This document shows, piece by piece, positions 12,756 through 24,995 of a DNA stretch of 64,000 nt. The DNA comes from Hydrolagus colliei (lineage: Eukaryota). The first letter of the stretch is position 1; every line of letters begins with the position of its first letter. A program made the translations under genes and the position numbers. The notes under the pieces were generated by a model. That model searched no databases and was not told the origin of the DNA. It saw nothing but the letters and a program-made list of their open reading frames with translations. The stretch is from NCBI GenBank assembly GCA_035084275.1, contig CM068745.1:21142001-21206000 (forward strand), in the 5' to 3' direction.

Positions 12756-13920
12756 GTTTGCATTAATGTTTTCCATTGTTGTGATTTACAAAGACCTTTC
12801 TTCATTCAATATTGTTTAAAATTAATTTGATAAATCAGGTATTTTTTGTTCATAGTTATTAGCTATACTATACCAGAGTTATATGACGAAGACTGCTTTG
12901 CTTACTTTTAACATACAATTATGTAAAATGCCTTTTAGAACTTAAGTGCTGACTCTTCCCTTCCAATAGCAACTTCACTTATCCTCATCTATAAATCCCG
13001 TCATGCCCGAGCACTACCCTATCTCTGTGATCTTCTTGTATGTCATTCTTGTTGTTGTTGTCATTCCTCTGTTTGATTTCTCTGCTCAGCTAACTGAATG
13101 TCCCTAGCTCCTGCACATCACTCGGGATTGTCAAGCTTTTAGCTGCTGGGCTCCTAACCTTTGGTATTCCCTCCTTCTTCCCCACGCCCCCACCCCATTT
13201 CTGTCTTTAAATCCCACCTTAAAGGCTGATTCTTGAATCACGGATATAATCACCACCCCCCCTCCCCACTGCTTTGCATGGTATCTGATCCTGTCATTTG
13301 TAAAGCTCTCTGAGAAGTTATACTACATGAAAGGTACTGTGTAAATATGTATTATTGTTGTAATAATTTTCTTTACAGAAAACATTTATATCCGAATAAA
13401 TTACAGAATTTCCAGCTCAAAATAGCTATTGACCTTTTAGCAATTTACTGCATTGTAATAAATGTTTAAATCTTGATGCTTTTGGTAGGTAGACAATTGT
13501 AATTAAATCCAGTAATTCTGTCGTTTTGTTTTAGATCTCTTGCTTTCTAATGTTTTCCCATTATTTTGACCTTCCCATTATTTTACTGCCTGTGATTTTT
13601 TTCAAGCCACACACTTCCTGTAGTTCAGAGGGTGGGTGAATTGCTTACAATCAATGACAATGGTACTCTTGCACTAAACTCACTATATGAGAGGAACCTA
13701 ATGTGATTTCTCTCTTCATTCTTGAAATAGACATGTGGCTTTAAATTAATATTTTTCCAGCACAGCAAAATAAAGTTTAGGAATGATAGGTCAACTGTGG
13801 CACGACTTTATTCACTTGTTCTTGGATAATGTCATAGACTTTAAACATATAATCATCTCAACAAATACATACAAAATGCATGATAAGTTATACATGTTTT
13901 TGTTTTCTGCATTTGTTTAG

Positions 13921-14054
13921 GATGTAAAAGCTATTGTCACCCACTCGATTCACAGTGCAATCCATTCAGTTGGTGGTATTCAGGTTCTTTTCCCATTGTT
14001 TGCACAATTGGACTGCCTTCAGCAAAATGACAGTCTGGTGGAGACCACAGTCTG
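13921..14054 (+). CDS. NBEA: Neurobeachin internal coding exon (134 nt, phase 0-2)
   Basis: tttAG|GAT ... TG|GTaag; [44 protein letters not shown](C). Confidence 0.95.
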
Positions 14055-14352
14055 GTAAGATTTAAAATAATGGCAACATGGAATACCTCAGGGATTATTT
14101 TCTGATGATCAGTAAATTTACCTTTTGTAGTGCAAGCTTAGAATTGAAATATTACAAACATGACCTGATAAAATCCAGCAAATTTACTGGCCAGCAAATG
14201 AACTTGTTCGCCCAGGTTGGTAAATGTACTAACCAGCAATCATAATTAAATGATTTGGACCACAAGTTCGGGGCAAACATCAATGTAATCAAGTGTTTAC
14301 TCAGGTTTTAAAGAACATGACTCTCATTTATATGGTTACCTGTGGAGTTTAT

Positions 14353-14678
14353 GTGGAGCTCCTGTGGCTTGGTGGTTAGAGCACGTGTCTTGCAAGCTGG
14401 GGAGACCTGTGTTCAAATCCAGGCAGGTCAGGGCGAAACCTTCGGCAAGTTTCCTTACTCCACACGCCTAATAATAATCCCTCCAAAAAAAAAACACAAT
14501 AATAAAATTGGTCATTTCAATCCACAACTGTTTGTGGGACACTGCTGTGCGCAATTGGCTGCCAGGTTTCGCCCACAAATGTACAGTCAATTCACTTTAC
14601 AATATATTCTATGAAGTGCTTTGGGACATCGATAAAATGTGAAAAGTGCTATATCAAATGCAAGGATTATTATCATTA
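14353..14678 (+). mobile_element. Full-length tRNA-derived SINE
   Basis: gtggagctcctgtggc...gttcaaatcc...ctatatcaaatgcaagg(att)n. Confidence 0.9.
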
Positions 14679-15927
14679 CCAAATTTATGTGGTAGTATAC
14701 TTTTCATGATCACACCCTTTTGATGAGGTATTTCATTCCACGGTTTTATTCTATTCAGTTCTACTTTGTGGGAATTTAAAAAAGATTTTGAACAAATATT
14801 TACATAATTATTATAAATATTTTAATTGTTATTAGATCCAGGATTAGCCTCTACACAGGATTACACTGTTTATGGTTAACGTTAATTGCCAAGTAATTTT
14901 TTGCCCAAATTTGTAATTTTGACCCAACATTCAATAGTGAATGAATGGATTGATACTTTACCACATAGCAAGAACATTTGCAAGATTCAGGAGATTGATG
15001 GCCCTTCAAGATGTTCCATGTCATATACTGGAATGTTTGGGATGACATCCACATGATTCCTATTGTTCCTATGCCATATGCAAATATTGCCTATGCAACA
15101 TTCACCACTTTCATTTCTCCCCTTAGTTAAAATGTTTTGTTACATTTCCAGGCAGCATTTATTTCACTGTAATTTTCATCTCCTCGTTTACCACAATTTT
15201 TTGCAGTTGAGATGGACAGCATTAACATTGTTTACCTTTCTCAATGTCTGTTCCCATAACAGTGATTTGAAGCACTATACAAAGGCTTGCGGTCAATTGC
15301 TGATGTCTGACATAGATTTACATGCAGTGTGAGATATGGGCAAACTTTAATTTGTATCAGTTGACTTAATATGACTTACGCAAAATTAAATTTGTTTTTT
15401 GTGAAACCACTTAGGCGCTTTTGTCACATTAAAACAAATTCTACACTATCTCCATTAAACAGACATCTACTTGGCATTCTACCACAAAGAATAGTTACAG
15501 TACCTCAAGCTGGTTTTGCGCCTTTACAATGTACAACAACATGGTGACGGATCATGACCTTGTTTCACATGCTTCAGTGTTTCAAATGCAGCACCATGTT
15601 ATTGAAATGGGCTGGAGTAACCCTTATATAGAAAACCTTATGTAGAATAAGTCCTTATACAGAGTAGTCCTTATATACAATAAAACATAGCAAGGAATTA
15701 AAACAAATCCTTTGAGAAGAAGTCAGGAAGCAGCTTGATCGAGCATTAACAGATTATAAAATGAGAGGTTTAGAAAAATAAAGGCGGATGAGACAGCACA
15801 AAGAAGCTGTATTTTATTTCCTAAACCTCCCCCTGGCAGCATTTCATAATCTATTAATGGTCTATCAAGCTGCCTCCAAATTTTAATTTTTTACTTCTTA
15901 ATGTCTTGCCTCCGCCAGATCATCCTT

Positions 15928-16330
15928 TTGTGGATTCCTGTAGTTCAGTATTTAGAGCACTCGCCTTGCAAGCAAGAGACCTGGGTTCGATTCCCTGCAG
16001 GGCAAAATGTTGGGCAAGTTTCCTTAACTCCATATGCCTCTGTTTAACAAGCAGCAACCCAGGTAGCAAGCCCATATGGGCCCCATATGGGATAAATTGG
16101 GTTGATCCATGCCCATATGGGCCCACATGGGCTTGCTACCTGGGAAGTAGAAACCCTCACCCCACATTTCACAAGTTTCCTTACTCCACACGCCTGATAA
16201 TAATTCCTTCAAAAAATAATAATAAATTGGTCACTTCAATCCACAATGGTTTCTGCGACACTTTTGTGTGCAATGGCTTCCATGTTTTAACCACAAATAT
16301 ACGGTCAGATCACTCATTAATATTATTATT
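15928..16330 (+). mobile_element. tRNA-derived SINE variant hosting the 87-bp MITE
   Basis: tRNA-like head tagagcactcgccttgcaagcaagagacctgggttcgattccc, followed by the family body. Confidence 0.75.
16058..16144. mobile_element. 87-bp MITE with CCCAG termini and 2-bp TSD (CMC/EnSpm-like)
   Basis: TIR CCCAGGTAGCAAGCCCAT(A/G)TGGGCCC, 25 of 26 matched; AA on both flanks. Confidence 0.8.
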
Positions 16331-16339
16331 ATTTACTCC

Positions 16340-16592
16340 ATGATTGAGGAAAAACTTCTTCACTCAGAAGGTAGTGAATTCATAGAATTCTCTACCCCAA
16401 AAGGCTGTAGATGCTCAGTACTTGAACATATTCAAGACTGAAATTGACATATTTCTTACGGATAAAGGGATTAAGGATATGGGGATCAGACGGGTAGGTG
16501 GTGTTAGATTAGAAGATCAGGCTATGATCTTATTGAATGGTGGAGAAGGCTTGAGGGGCCGAATGGCCTACTCCTGTTTATTACGTTCTTAT
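16340..16592 (+). mobile_element. CR1 3' fragment
   Basis: ttcttcactcagaaggtagtgaat...ttcaagactgaaattgac...ggccgaatggcctactcctg. Confidence 0.85.
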
Positions 16593-16739
16593 ACTCCTGG
16601 AGGCCAAGGACAAGTCCTGGTTCCTCTTTTCTACAACAAAACAACTCCTTTGCCCACCTTCTCATGACATCTCCTTTCTTTTAACTCCCAAACGTGAAGA
16701 GTTGTGAGACTTTTTTGTATCCAAAATTGAGAATATCCA

Positions 16740-17522
16740 TACTGCTACTGCTTTTCTACCTGTGCTCTGGAGGCGTAGTCCTGCTTCATGTTCCCTGCCA
16801 TACCTGTCCACTAGGGTCCGTCGATATCGAAATTTTCCGATATTGATATATCGGTTTGCCCCTATCGACATACCGGTCTATCAATATCGCCGATATATTG
16901 ATATATACGGATATATTGATATATACGGATATATTGATATATACCGATATATCGATATTGCAGGGTTTTTTTGTCCTGCACATGCGCGCGCATTCCGGTG
17001 TGCGCGTCCATTCGGATATCGACAAGGTAAGTTGAAAAAGTCCACATTATACCGATATATACCGATATTGCGATATATCGCTGGACACGATATACCGATA
17101 TTTGCGATATATCAATTTTTTTTACAGATCAAATTTTTTGATATATCAATATATTTTAAATTCCGATATCGGCATATCGATATGAAAATTATATCGGATA
17201 TAACCGATACATCACCGGACCCTACTGTCCACTATTGGCAGTCATGCTTTTAGCCATTTTGCTCCCACGCTCTGGAACGCCATCCCTGAATCTCTTCATC
17301 TTACCTTTTTCCTAGCCACTTTCAAAGTCGATCTCAAGACATTCTTCTTTGTCCGTGCTTTTGGTCATTTTTTATCCATCTCTTTCACTCCATTTCCCTC
17401 CTCGGTTTCCTCTGCTCTTGTATACAACCCCAACTCAGATTGATTGATTGTCCTTGATTATCCAGCACCTTGGGCCATCATGCTCCTGTGAAAGGCGATA
17501 TATAAATGCAATTTGTTGTTCT
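16740..17522 (+). mobile_element. L2 3' fragment hosting the 413-bp hAT MITE
   Basis: gcttttagccattttgctcccacgctctggaac...ctatataaatgc-like end with (ttg)n tail. Confidence 0.7.
16812..17224. mobile_element. hAT MITE (413 bp) with TAGGG termini
   Basis: TIRs TAGGGTCCGTCGAT / ATCACCGGACCCTA; perfect 8-bp TSD CTGTCCAC (16804-16811, 17225-17232); dense CGAT/ATCG subterminal motifs; 18-bp tandem unit gatatattgatatatacg about 3 times. Confidence 0.93.
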
Positions 17523-18030
17523 TGTCTTTGCCTTTACTTGCTGTGCTTGCTTTACTTATACAGTGACTTGATTCAGCCTAGCATTTCATTTTGATGAAGG
17601 GTGATGTCAGAAACATAAGCTTGTTCTGGTATCATACATATATGGCCTCTAACCGGAATGGTTAGCACCGGAGGCTCGGTGTAGGTAAATATTGGGTAGA
17701 AGTTTAAAATACTTCTGCACAATAATTGTTCTATACAATGAGAATTTGGTCACCCAGCCACTCTTTCCTATCTGTATGAGTGAAAAAACAGCCGACAGAT
17801 AGATTTAAAGTAGGGATTATAGTATCAACATAGGTGTGCTAGGCTGAATGGCCTCTTCCTTTTCTGTAACAAAGCCAAACCAACATCATAAGGAAAATGA
17901 AAAGCATTAAATAATTGTTGTTTTGAGTTGTGCATTCACAAAATGATTCTCCCTGATAAAACCACATTAAGAGGCTATTGTGAAGAAATTGATTTGCATT
18001 ACTGCAGTACAAATACAGCTGGTGTCTTTA

Positions 18031-18373
18031 TAATAATAATAATCCTTGCATTTGATGTAGTACTTTTCACATCTTATCGATGTCTCAAAGTGCTTCATAG
18101 AATATACTGTAAAGTGAATGGACTGTATACATTTGTGGGTGAATCGCGGCAGCCAATTGCGCACAGCAGCATCCCCACAAACAGTCGTGGATTGAAATGA
18201 CCAATTTTATTATTGTGTGATTTTTTTGGAGGGATTATTATTAGGTGTGTGGAGTAAGGAAATTTGCCCAAGGTTTCGCCCTGACCTGCCTGGATTCGAA
18301 CACAGGTCTCCCCAGCTTTGTCTCCCCAGCTTGCAAGACAAGTACTCTAACCACTGAGCCACAGGAGCTCCAC
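18031..18373 (-). mobile_element. Full-length tRNA-derived SINE
   Basis: Reverse complement of the 4139 copy, sharing the duplicated ggggagac segment in the head. Confidence 0.9.
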
Positions 18374-18920
18374 AACTATATAAAAGTTGTCCCAATTTCA
18401 AGGAACCACTTTTAATTAATTGAAGAGACAATTGTGCAGATTGAGACCCTGGCAAAAGTGTTTCAGATTGAGAAATTGTCTTTATGTTCCGAGTGAACAT
18501 AAAGACTCTGACTTATGTTCTACTTTAGGGAGTCGTTGTATTGCCACCAGGTATCAATTGACATGGATCAACTGCTTTTCCTTTGGAAGTCTGTTCCACT
18601 GATACAGTAATCTTTTGTTGTTGCTCCACTGGCTAATACTGAATCCATGTGCTCTAGTTCTATGTTCGATTTGTCTATTTAGCATTTTAAACACATAGAT
18701 CATCCTCATCTTTTGAGAATGAAAAAATACTCTGTATTAAACAATCAATAATAATAATTTATTATATTTTGAAAAATCAGAATAATGTTTTTAAAAAGCA
18801 TGACCAAAGTTCTTGAAGCATGAAAGTTTGATAATTATTTTGCTGTATGAGAATAAGAAAATGGAATAGTGTTTTTTATCCTTGCTTTCTTTAAACTCAT
18901 TTTGATCTATATTTGTGCAG

Positions 18921-19029
18921 TGCAACACTTTTGGCATTTCTAGTTGATCTGCTGAAGAGCTCAGTTGCCATGCAAGAACAAATGTTGGGTGGAAAAGGCT
19001 TCCTGGTAATTGGCTACCTCTTAGAAAAG
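18921..19029 (+). CDS. NBEA: Neurobeachin internal coding exon (109 nt, phase 2-0)
   Basis: tgcAG|T ... AAG|GTaag; (C)ATLLAFLVDLLKSSVAMQEQMLGGKGFLVIGYLLEK. Confidence 0.95.
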
Positions 19030-19117
19030 GTAAGATGGAATCATGTATCAATTTTAATGAATCCCCACTGACCTACCAATAATAACTTGCATTTGTATAG
19101 CATCTTTCATTGCCCTC

Positions 19118-20302
19118 TGTTAGTAGCACTCTCCCCTGAGTCAGAAGATGGTGTAAGGGTTGATGTAAATTTGTGACCCTGCACTGAAGTAAGGACTGTC
19201 ACAAATGTTGTACAATTAATATGCATGTTTATTAATTTAGATTAGTAATAATTATAAGTAATTAAAAGTATACATCACAACAATGCTTGCGTATCGATGC
19301 ACAGTTCACAATGATTTCAATTGACCAAAGTAAATGTTGCGGGTGAGCTAGAGGAGCAATATCCAAATTAATCCAAATATAAGTCCAAAAAAAGGAATCC
19401 ATATATTAATGTACAGTTTCCAGTTTCATATCCAAAATATCCAGTTATTATTGTGCAGTTCCCAGTTCAATATCCAAGCACCACAGTACGTCTAGAGTTG
19501 CTCCACTCATAGTCTGGATGTTCCCTTCTTGAAACTGGAACATGGTTCACGACTCCCAAGTTCCAATTTTTTCCTTTCTCCCTCTTCTTTCTCGAATCAA
19601 TCTCTTTATCCAGTTCATTAGGTGGCCTTTGACTCATTGTCCTTTGCAGGATGGTTCCTCTGCAAAAACAAATGGAACACAGCTACAGATCATTTCTTCA
19701 TAAGAAAATTACTGATAAGGACTGAAACCAGTTTGTTGTTTATAAACAGTCTTTTGTTTCTTCTGCAAAGTTAGTCACATCCAGCTCCTATCATATGTGT
19801 TTGATCATACGTCTCGAGTATATGTTTATTGCTAATATAATTTGAGATATTATTTGACACATCAATTATACAATCTTACAATGGGTTCCAGCTCCACGTC
19901 AAGACTCAGTATTTAGACTGGACTGATACTCTAGTACAGTACTACATTGTTGGTGTGGTCCTTCGGATGAGACGATAACCTAAGGCTTATTTGCCTGTTC
20001 AGCTGGACATTACAAAAACCATGGAGAATACAACTTATATAGTGCTCAACATTGTTGGCTAGGCACCTGGGCTGGAGTTGGTATTCCCCATCCCATGGTA
20101 CAACTCAAAACACAAAAGGGTTTCTCCTGGTGTCCTGGCCAATAATCCCCATTATCTTTTTCTGGGACCTTGTTATGCCCAAATTGGGTGTCGTGTTTTC
20201 CCTCAAATTTTGCAGTCACTACATTTTACAGTGATTCCTGTGAAGTGCTTTGAGATATCTTCCTTATATGAAGGACGTTATATGAAATGCAAAGATTATA
20301 AT
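19118..20302 (+). mobile_element. Old SacSINE1-like SINE split by a solo LTR
   Basis: Head tagcactctcccctgagtcagaagatgg rejoins gttccagctccac after the LTR; Deu core ccttcggatgagacgataacc...ctggtgtcctggccaata. Confidence 0.75.
19152..19880 (-). mobile_element. Solo LTR (729 bp), Gypsy- or ERV1-type
   Basis: TGTAAG...CTTACA termini; 4-bp TSD ATGG (19148-19151, 19881-19884); minus-strand AATAAA about 80 nt from the left end gives the orientation. Confidence 0.82.
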
Positions 20303-20424
20303 TAAAAAATAACTATCCCGAATAATTTTATCAAATATAATTGAGTAGAAATTAAGTAAACGTAACATATTAATCTGACCTATCTGTATAAATATTAATC
20401 TGATCTGGCTATGTGTCAATCTGT

Positions 20425-20850
20425 CTCAGAAGAAGAACTCTTGCCTCTGAGTCAGAAGATTGTGGGTTTATTTCCAAAATTGAAAATTAATTATGGAGTT
20501 CTCCAGTGACCAACCAATAATAACTGACTCAAACATGGAATCATATAGTTTATGATGGCATCCTAATGCAATGTTGGAGGTGGGAGGTTGCATTGTTGGA
20601 GGCACTGTCTTTATAATGAAACATTAGCCCAAGGTCCAATCTAACTATACTGGTGGACATTAAAGATTTTATGACACTGTTTTGAGAAGACAAGGGAGTT
20701 TCTCCCATTGTTTTGGCTAAGAAATCCTCCAAATAAAAGTGGTTACATGCTTCATGCCTGTTTGTGGAACACTGTTGTACACAAATTGGACGCAACATTC
20801 ACCTTTAAATGTACAATAAATCTACTTTACAGTATATCCTGTGAAACGTT
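20425..20850 (+). mobile_element. Old SacSINE1-like SINE
   Basis: actcttgcctctgagtcagaagattgtgggtt head, Deu core ggtggacattaaagat...gaagacaagggagtttctccc, tail atcaaatgcaagg. Confidence 0.75.
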
Positions 20851-21948
20851 TTGAGATGTCCCAATGACATGTCAACGTGTCATCGATATCAAATGCAAGG
20901 AATAATTATTTTGATTAATTAATTAAAGGCATTGCAGCACATGGCCGTAGAGTTTTTTTGATTTCGCAATTCAATTAGTTTGTTCAGTGTGTATTCAAGC
21001 CACAATAATAAATAATAAAGTTAAAAATCCTTTAAAAATAACTAACTAATAATAATAAATAATTTGGTCACTCAATCCATGACTGTTTCTGGGACACAGA
21101 CAAGAACGTTTCAGGTTTTACTCCTGTGCTAAATGAGCACAACTCAGCCGGGAGTGCAGTTGTAGAACTAAAATTGACATCCCTGTTTCTGAGTTGGTGA
21201 CTGGCAAATTTACTGGGGCTGCAGCTCCTGAACCTCCTTTGTAGGTGACAAATGGATTTCTCTGGGGATGAGTTGTCTCCAAGGTAAAATGGCTGATAAT
21301 GAAAGATAGGAATCAGCTTGATCCTCAGTGGTGATTCTAGTAGTCTGATACCAGAGGCAGACAAGTACACATTATTCCAGAAAATGGTGATGATGGACCA
21401 GCAAATATGGCTTGACCCTCAAGACTCTCCTCTTCTACCGTGCCTTCAGTCACCCTCCTACCCCTCTGCCCTCCCTCATCCCAACCCAGCATCCCCACCC
21501 TCCCCCCGATGATTGGATGCTGACTTCTGACTGTTCAGTGCCTTGGGACATCCTCCTGACATGAAAGGCACTCCACAAATGTAATTTTGCTATTGTTGTT
21601 GTTGATTCATTTAAATTCTAAGGCCAGGTTCTTAAAAAATATGCTTTTTTAATGTTGAAAGGTCAAAGTCAATTTTGGTTGTTGCTCATGATTAATATTT
21701 AATTTATGAACAAAAGCAGAATGAAGCCGCAGATATTGAATGTGAAAGCCAGATTCAGGTTAATTCACCCTATGCTGAGCATTACAAGCTCTCCTTGGCA
21801 ACCATCTGTTTTCAATTTATCACACTTCATGATTATTACCTTAGCAACATATAGTTCAGGTCAATACAACACAATCTTCGTGGTCTTACCCTTGCTTGGT
21901 TCAAATTTTCCCTTTTCTATTGTCTCCACTTCGTATGATTGGCTTCTC

Positions 21949-22300
21949 AACAACAACAACAACAACTTAAACTTATAAAGCGTCTTTCACGTCGGGAGGA
22001 CGTCCCAAGGCGCTGCACAGGAGGCGTGTGACCCGAGCTGGGAAGGGAGTGTTCGGGAAGGGGTGAAACACGTAGGGGAGGTCGAAAAATTCGGTGGGGA
22101 ACAAAAGGCACGGTCGAAGAGGAAAGTCTTCAAACCGGCCTTGAAAGAGGAAAGGGAAGAAACAAGACGGAGGGATTGGGGGATGGAATTCCACAGGGTG
22201 GGAGCGGAAAAGCTGAAAGCCCGGCCTCCAATGGTGGGGCGGTTCGGGCGCGGGGCTTGGAGCAGGCCAAGACCTGCTGAACGGAGGGTCCGGGCCCCCG
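21949..22300 (-). mobile_element. Young (CpG-rich) L2 3' fragment
   Basis: (aac)n tail at the left, then aagcgtctttcacgtcgggaggacgtcccaaggcgct. Confidence 0.85.
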
Positions 22301-22309
22301 CACCATAAC

Positions 22310-22880
22310 TTGTGCATTCGTCAGAGCTCTGTCCTTGATCCTATTCTCTTCAACATCTATTTGCTCCTGCTTCGTGACATAATCCATAGATTATGGGTCA
22401 ACTTCCAGATGTGTATGCATGACACCAAACTCTACCTCTCCGCCTCCATCCTTGACTCCAGGGATGTAAAGTCCTGGATGAGAAATAACTTTCTTTAGTT
22501 GAATGTCAACCAAGACTTAGACCCTCTTGCTTGGCTCCGACAGTGCCTCTACACCTTGGGTGCTGATAGCATCATCATTCATGGATGCATCGATGTCTTG
22601 TTTGACCGACCCTCAACTGTGGGATGTGTTGCTCCCTGACTCTCAACCCAAAACACATCTGTTCCACGACCCGTTCTGCCTTCCTCACCTCTGCAATATC
22701 AACTGGCTCCTTTTCCTGTTTGTGGGTCTTTCTAATTCTTCCCTCCACAAGCTGTAGATTATTCAGAACTCTGCAGCTTGTATCCTCTCTCGCACTCTGC
22801 TCAGTAAACCTACTCTCACCCGGCTTCACTGGCTTCCCATCCTTCAGAGGATAGTTGAAGATCCTCATCCTCTCTTTTGT
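22310..22880 (+). mobile_element. Decayed L2 RT fragment
   Basis: RQSSVLDPILFNIY, HDTKLY, VKSWMRNNFL, LHWLP-type peptides. Confidence 0.75.
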
Positions 22881-23584
22881 CCTGAGCCTTCAGTCTTGTT
22901 GCCCCCACACTGGACTCCATCCCATAGTCCCTTCGTCTCTGCCTCTCCATTGATTCCTTAAAGGAAGAACTTTCTCTCCAACTGCACCTGTTAATACAAG
23001 GATTATTATTATTTCATTTTGAATAAAAATTGATTACAGTGTTGTACATTGCATTTTGTGTGTTAATCTGAAATCTATCTGTATATAATACATGATTCAA
23101 GTAGCCTTTGTTTTGGGATGAAAGTCAGGGAGCAACACATTCTACTTACAATGAATCCTAATAATACAAGATCATAAATTAATTTATTAACAAATTAATT
23201 TGTGCTGTGGATACTAAAAATAAGAACTCAGGGCAGCATGAAGAGAGTTCCCTCAAGGGTGTCTCTGAGAACAGTTTGCCTACTTTCTCCAGGTATTTTG
23301 ACCTGATGGCTCAGGTAAACAAGCAACAGCAGTGCTTTGTGCAAATCTGCAGATGGTTACAGCTCCTCAGGGTCTTTATTACCTGTTTCTGCACAACTTT
23401 GTGAAGGGTGAAAGAAAAAGATTTATGTAATGTAGTCAAGATAAATTACATTGAGTTGAGAAAATAATGTCAGTCACTTTAAAAAGGAGTAATAGTATAC
23501 GATTTTTGGAAGTCAATAGAAGCATTGATTTAATGAAAAGAAAAATCATTCCTCAAAATGTTGTAATTTGTTTTTTACCTCTAG

Positions 23585-23737
23585 TCCTCCAGAATTCATA
23601 TATCTCGAGCCGTTCTTGAGCAGTTTTTGTCTTTTGCTAAGTATCTGGATGGTTTGAGCCATGGAGCACCTTTACTGAAACAGTTATGTGATCATGTTCT
23701 TTTCAATCCTGCCATTTGGATTCACACTCCTGCAAAG
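23585..23737 (+). CDS. NBEA: Neurobeachin internal coding exon (153 nt, phase 0-0)
   Basis: ctctAG|TCC ... AAG|GTatg; SSRIHISRAVLEQFLSFAKYLDGLSHGAPLLKQLCDHVLFNPAIWIHTPAK. Confidence 0.95.
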
Positions 23738-24390
23738 GTATGTTTTCTTTAATAAGCATGGAATTATCAATTTTTTTCACTTCTAAGAAGAGGCATACCT
23801 TTGATTTACCCTCACTTTAGTTGACTATTTAGAAGCTCTGAAGTAATAAATATAGTGTGTTATGCCTTATGTAGTCCTAAATTTGTAAGTATATACTCTT
23901 ATGGTTTATTTAGTCTTGAAGTAATAAGTAATAAAACATTATTATGAATTAATGTCATGTGATACTCCATATAATTGCATGGTGTCTATCTGGTCCCAGT
24001 CTTATGCAATTATATAGAGTACACTGAATTGCATTAATCTTTGTCTGTACTGATTAGTATAAAGCAAGGACACTGATGCTGAAATATGATTTGTTACAAT
24101 GCCAGATTGCTGCACAGTGGGATCTAATTTAATACATCTAATTTGGTATATTACTAAATAATGGCAATGTTGTTTCTGGCACTTAATGTATACAGTAAAT
24201 TAAATTGAATGCATATGGAAATAAAATGTGTCACTATTATGATTAGGAATTAAATCATTTACTTATGCTAACATCATATGTTTAGTTTGATCAAATAATT
24301 TGCTGTGAATACAAATTGCATTTGTAAAAGTAAATATTACAATTTGTTTTCAATGTAGTCAAATAACTTTATTTTTATGCCTATGCCTAG

Positions 24391-24559
24391 GTTCAACTTT
24401 CACTTTACACCTACTTATCTGCTGAATTCATTGGTACCGCTACTATCTACAGTACCATCCGCAGAGTGGGAACTGTACTACAATTAATGCACACACTCAA
24501 GTATTATTATTGGGTAGTTAATCCAAATGATTGTAGTGATATTTCTCCCAAAGGACAAG
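24391..24559 (+). CDS. NBEA: Neurobeachin internal coding exon (169 nt, phase 0-1)
   Basis: cctAG|GTT ... G|GTgag; [56 protein letters not shown]. Confidence 0.95.
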
Positions 24560-24814
24560 GTGAGGAAAATATTCTTAAACACTGCAATTATTAATATTAG
24601 ATAAAAATACATCTCTCCAGTTCTTAAATTACACAATATTAGCATTTGTTTGATGTTATTTTGCTTGTTGGGTTTAACAGCATTTTCATGTTCTAAAAAT
24701 TGTCATGTTCTTTACAGCTACAATTGAGAATTTAGATTTACCCGCAATCAAAATCAAAGGTAACTTTGCTATCTGTAAGACATTTTTTTTTACATTGATA
24801 TGTAATAGTGTTGA

Positions 24815-24995
24815 AAACTCAAAAGCAGAAGTTGCTGGGAAGGCTGAATAGATCATGCAGCATATTGGGGGAGAGAAAAATGAGCTAACATTTAAGGTCG
24901 ATGACCTTTCATCAGAACCATGAATGCTGCCTGACCTGCTGAGTCTTCTCAGTGACTTCAGATTAACAGCATCGGCAGTATGTTGTCTTTTGTTT
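24815..24995. mobile_element. Decayed Penelope-type palindromic terminal repeat
   Basis: Same family as 45612-45840 (atgctgcctgacctgctgagt); minus strand has ctgatga-aaggtcatcgacct-taaa, a mutated hammerhead-like core. Confidence 0.6.

Noticed and set aside
16762-17253. 163-aa ORF with YIDIYG repeats; also considered as a CRISPR-like array
   Set aside because: It is the translation of an 18-bp tandem repeat within a TSD-bounded hAT MITE; no unique spacers, and the context is eukaryotic
21949-22880. Twin-priming 5' inversion of one L2
   Set aside because: The geometry fits, but the minus part is CpG-rich and young while the plus part is heavily decayed, and I found no TSD; two independent insertions are more likely
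24890-24920. Active hammerhead ribozyme on the minus strand
   Set aside because: CUGAUGA and stem II are present but the required GAAA reads TAAA; the cores near 17592 and 45742 are also mutated
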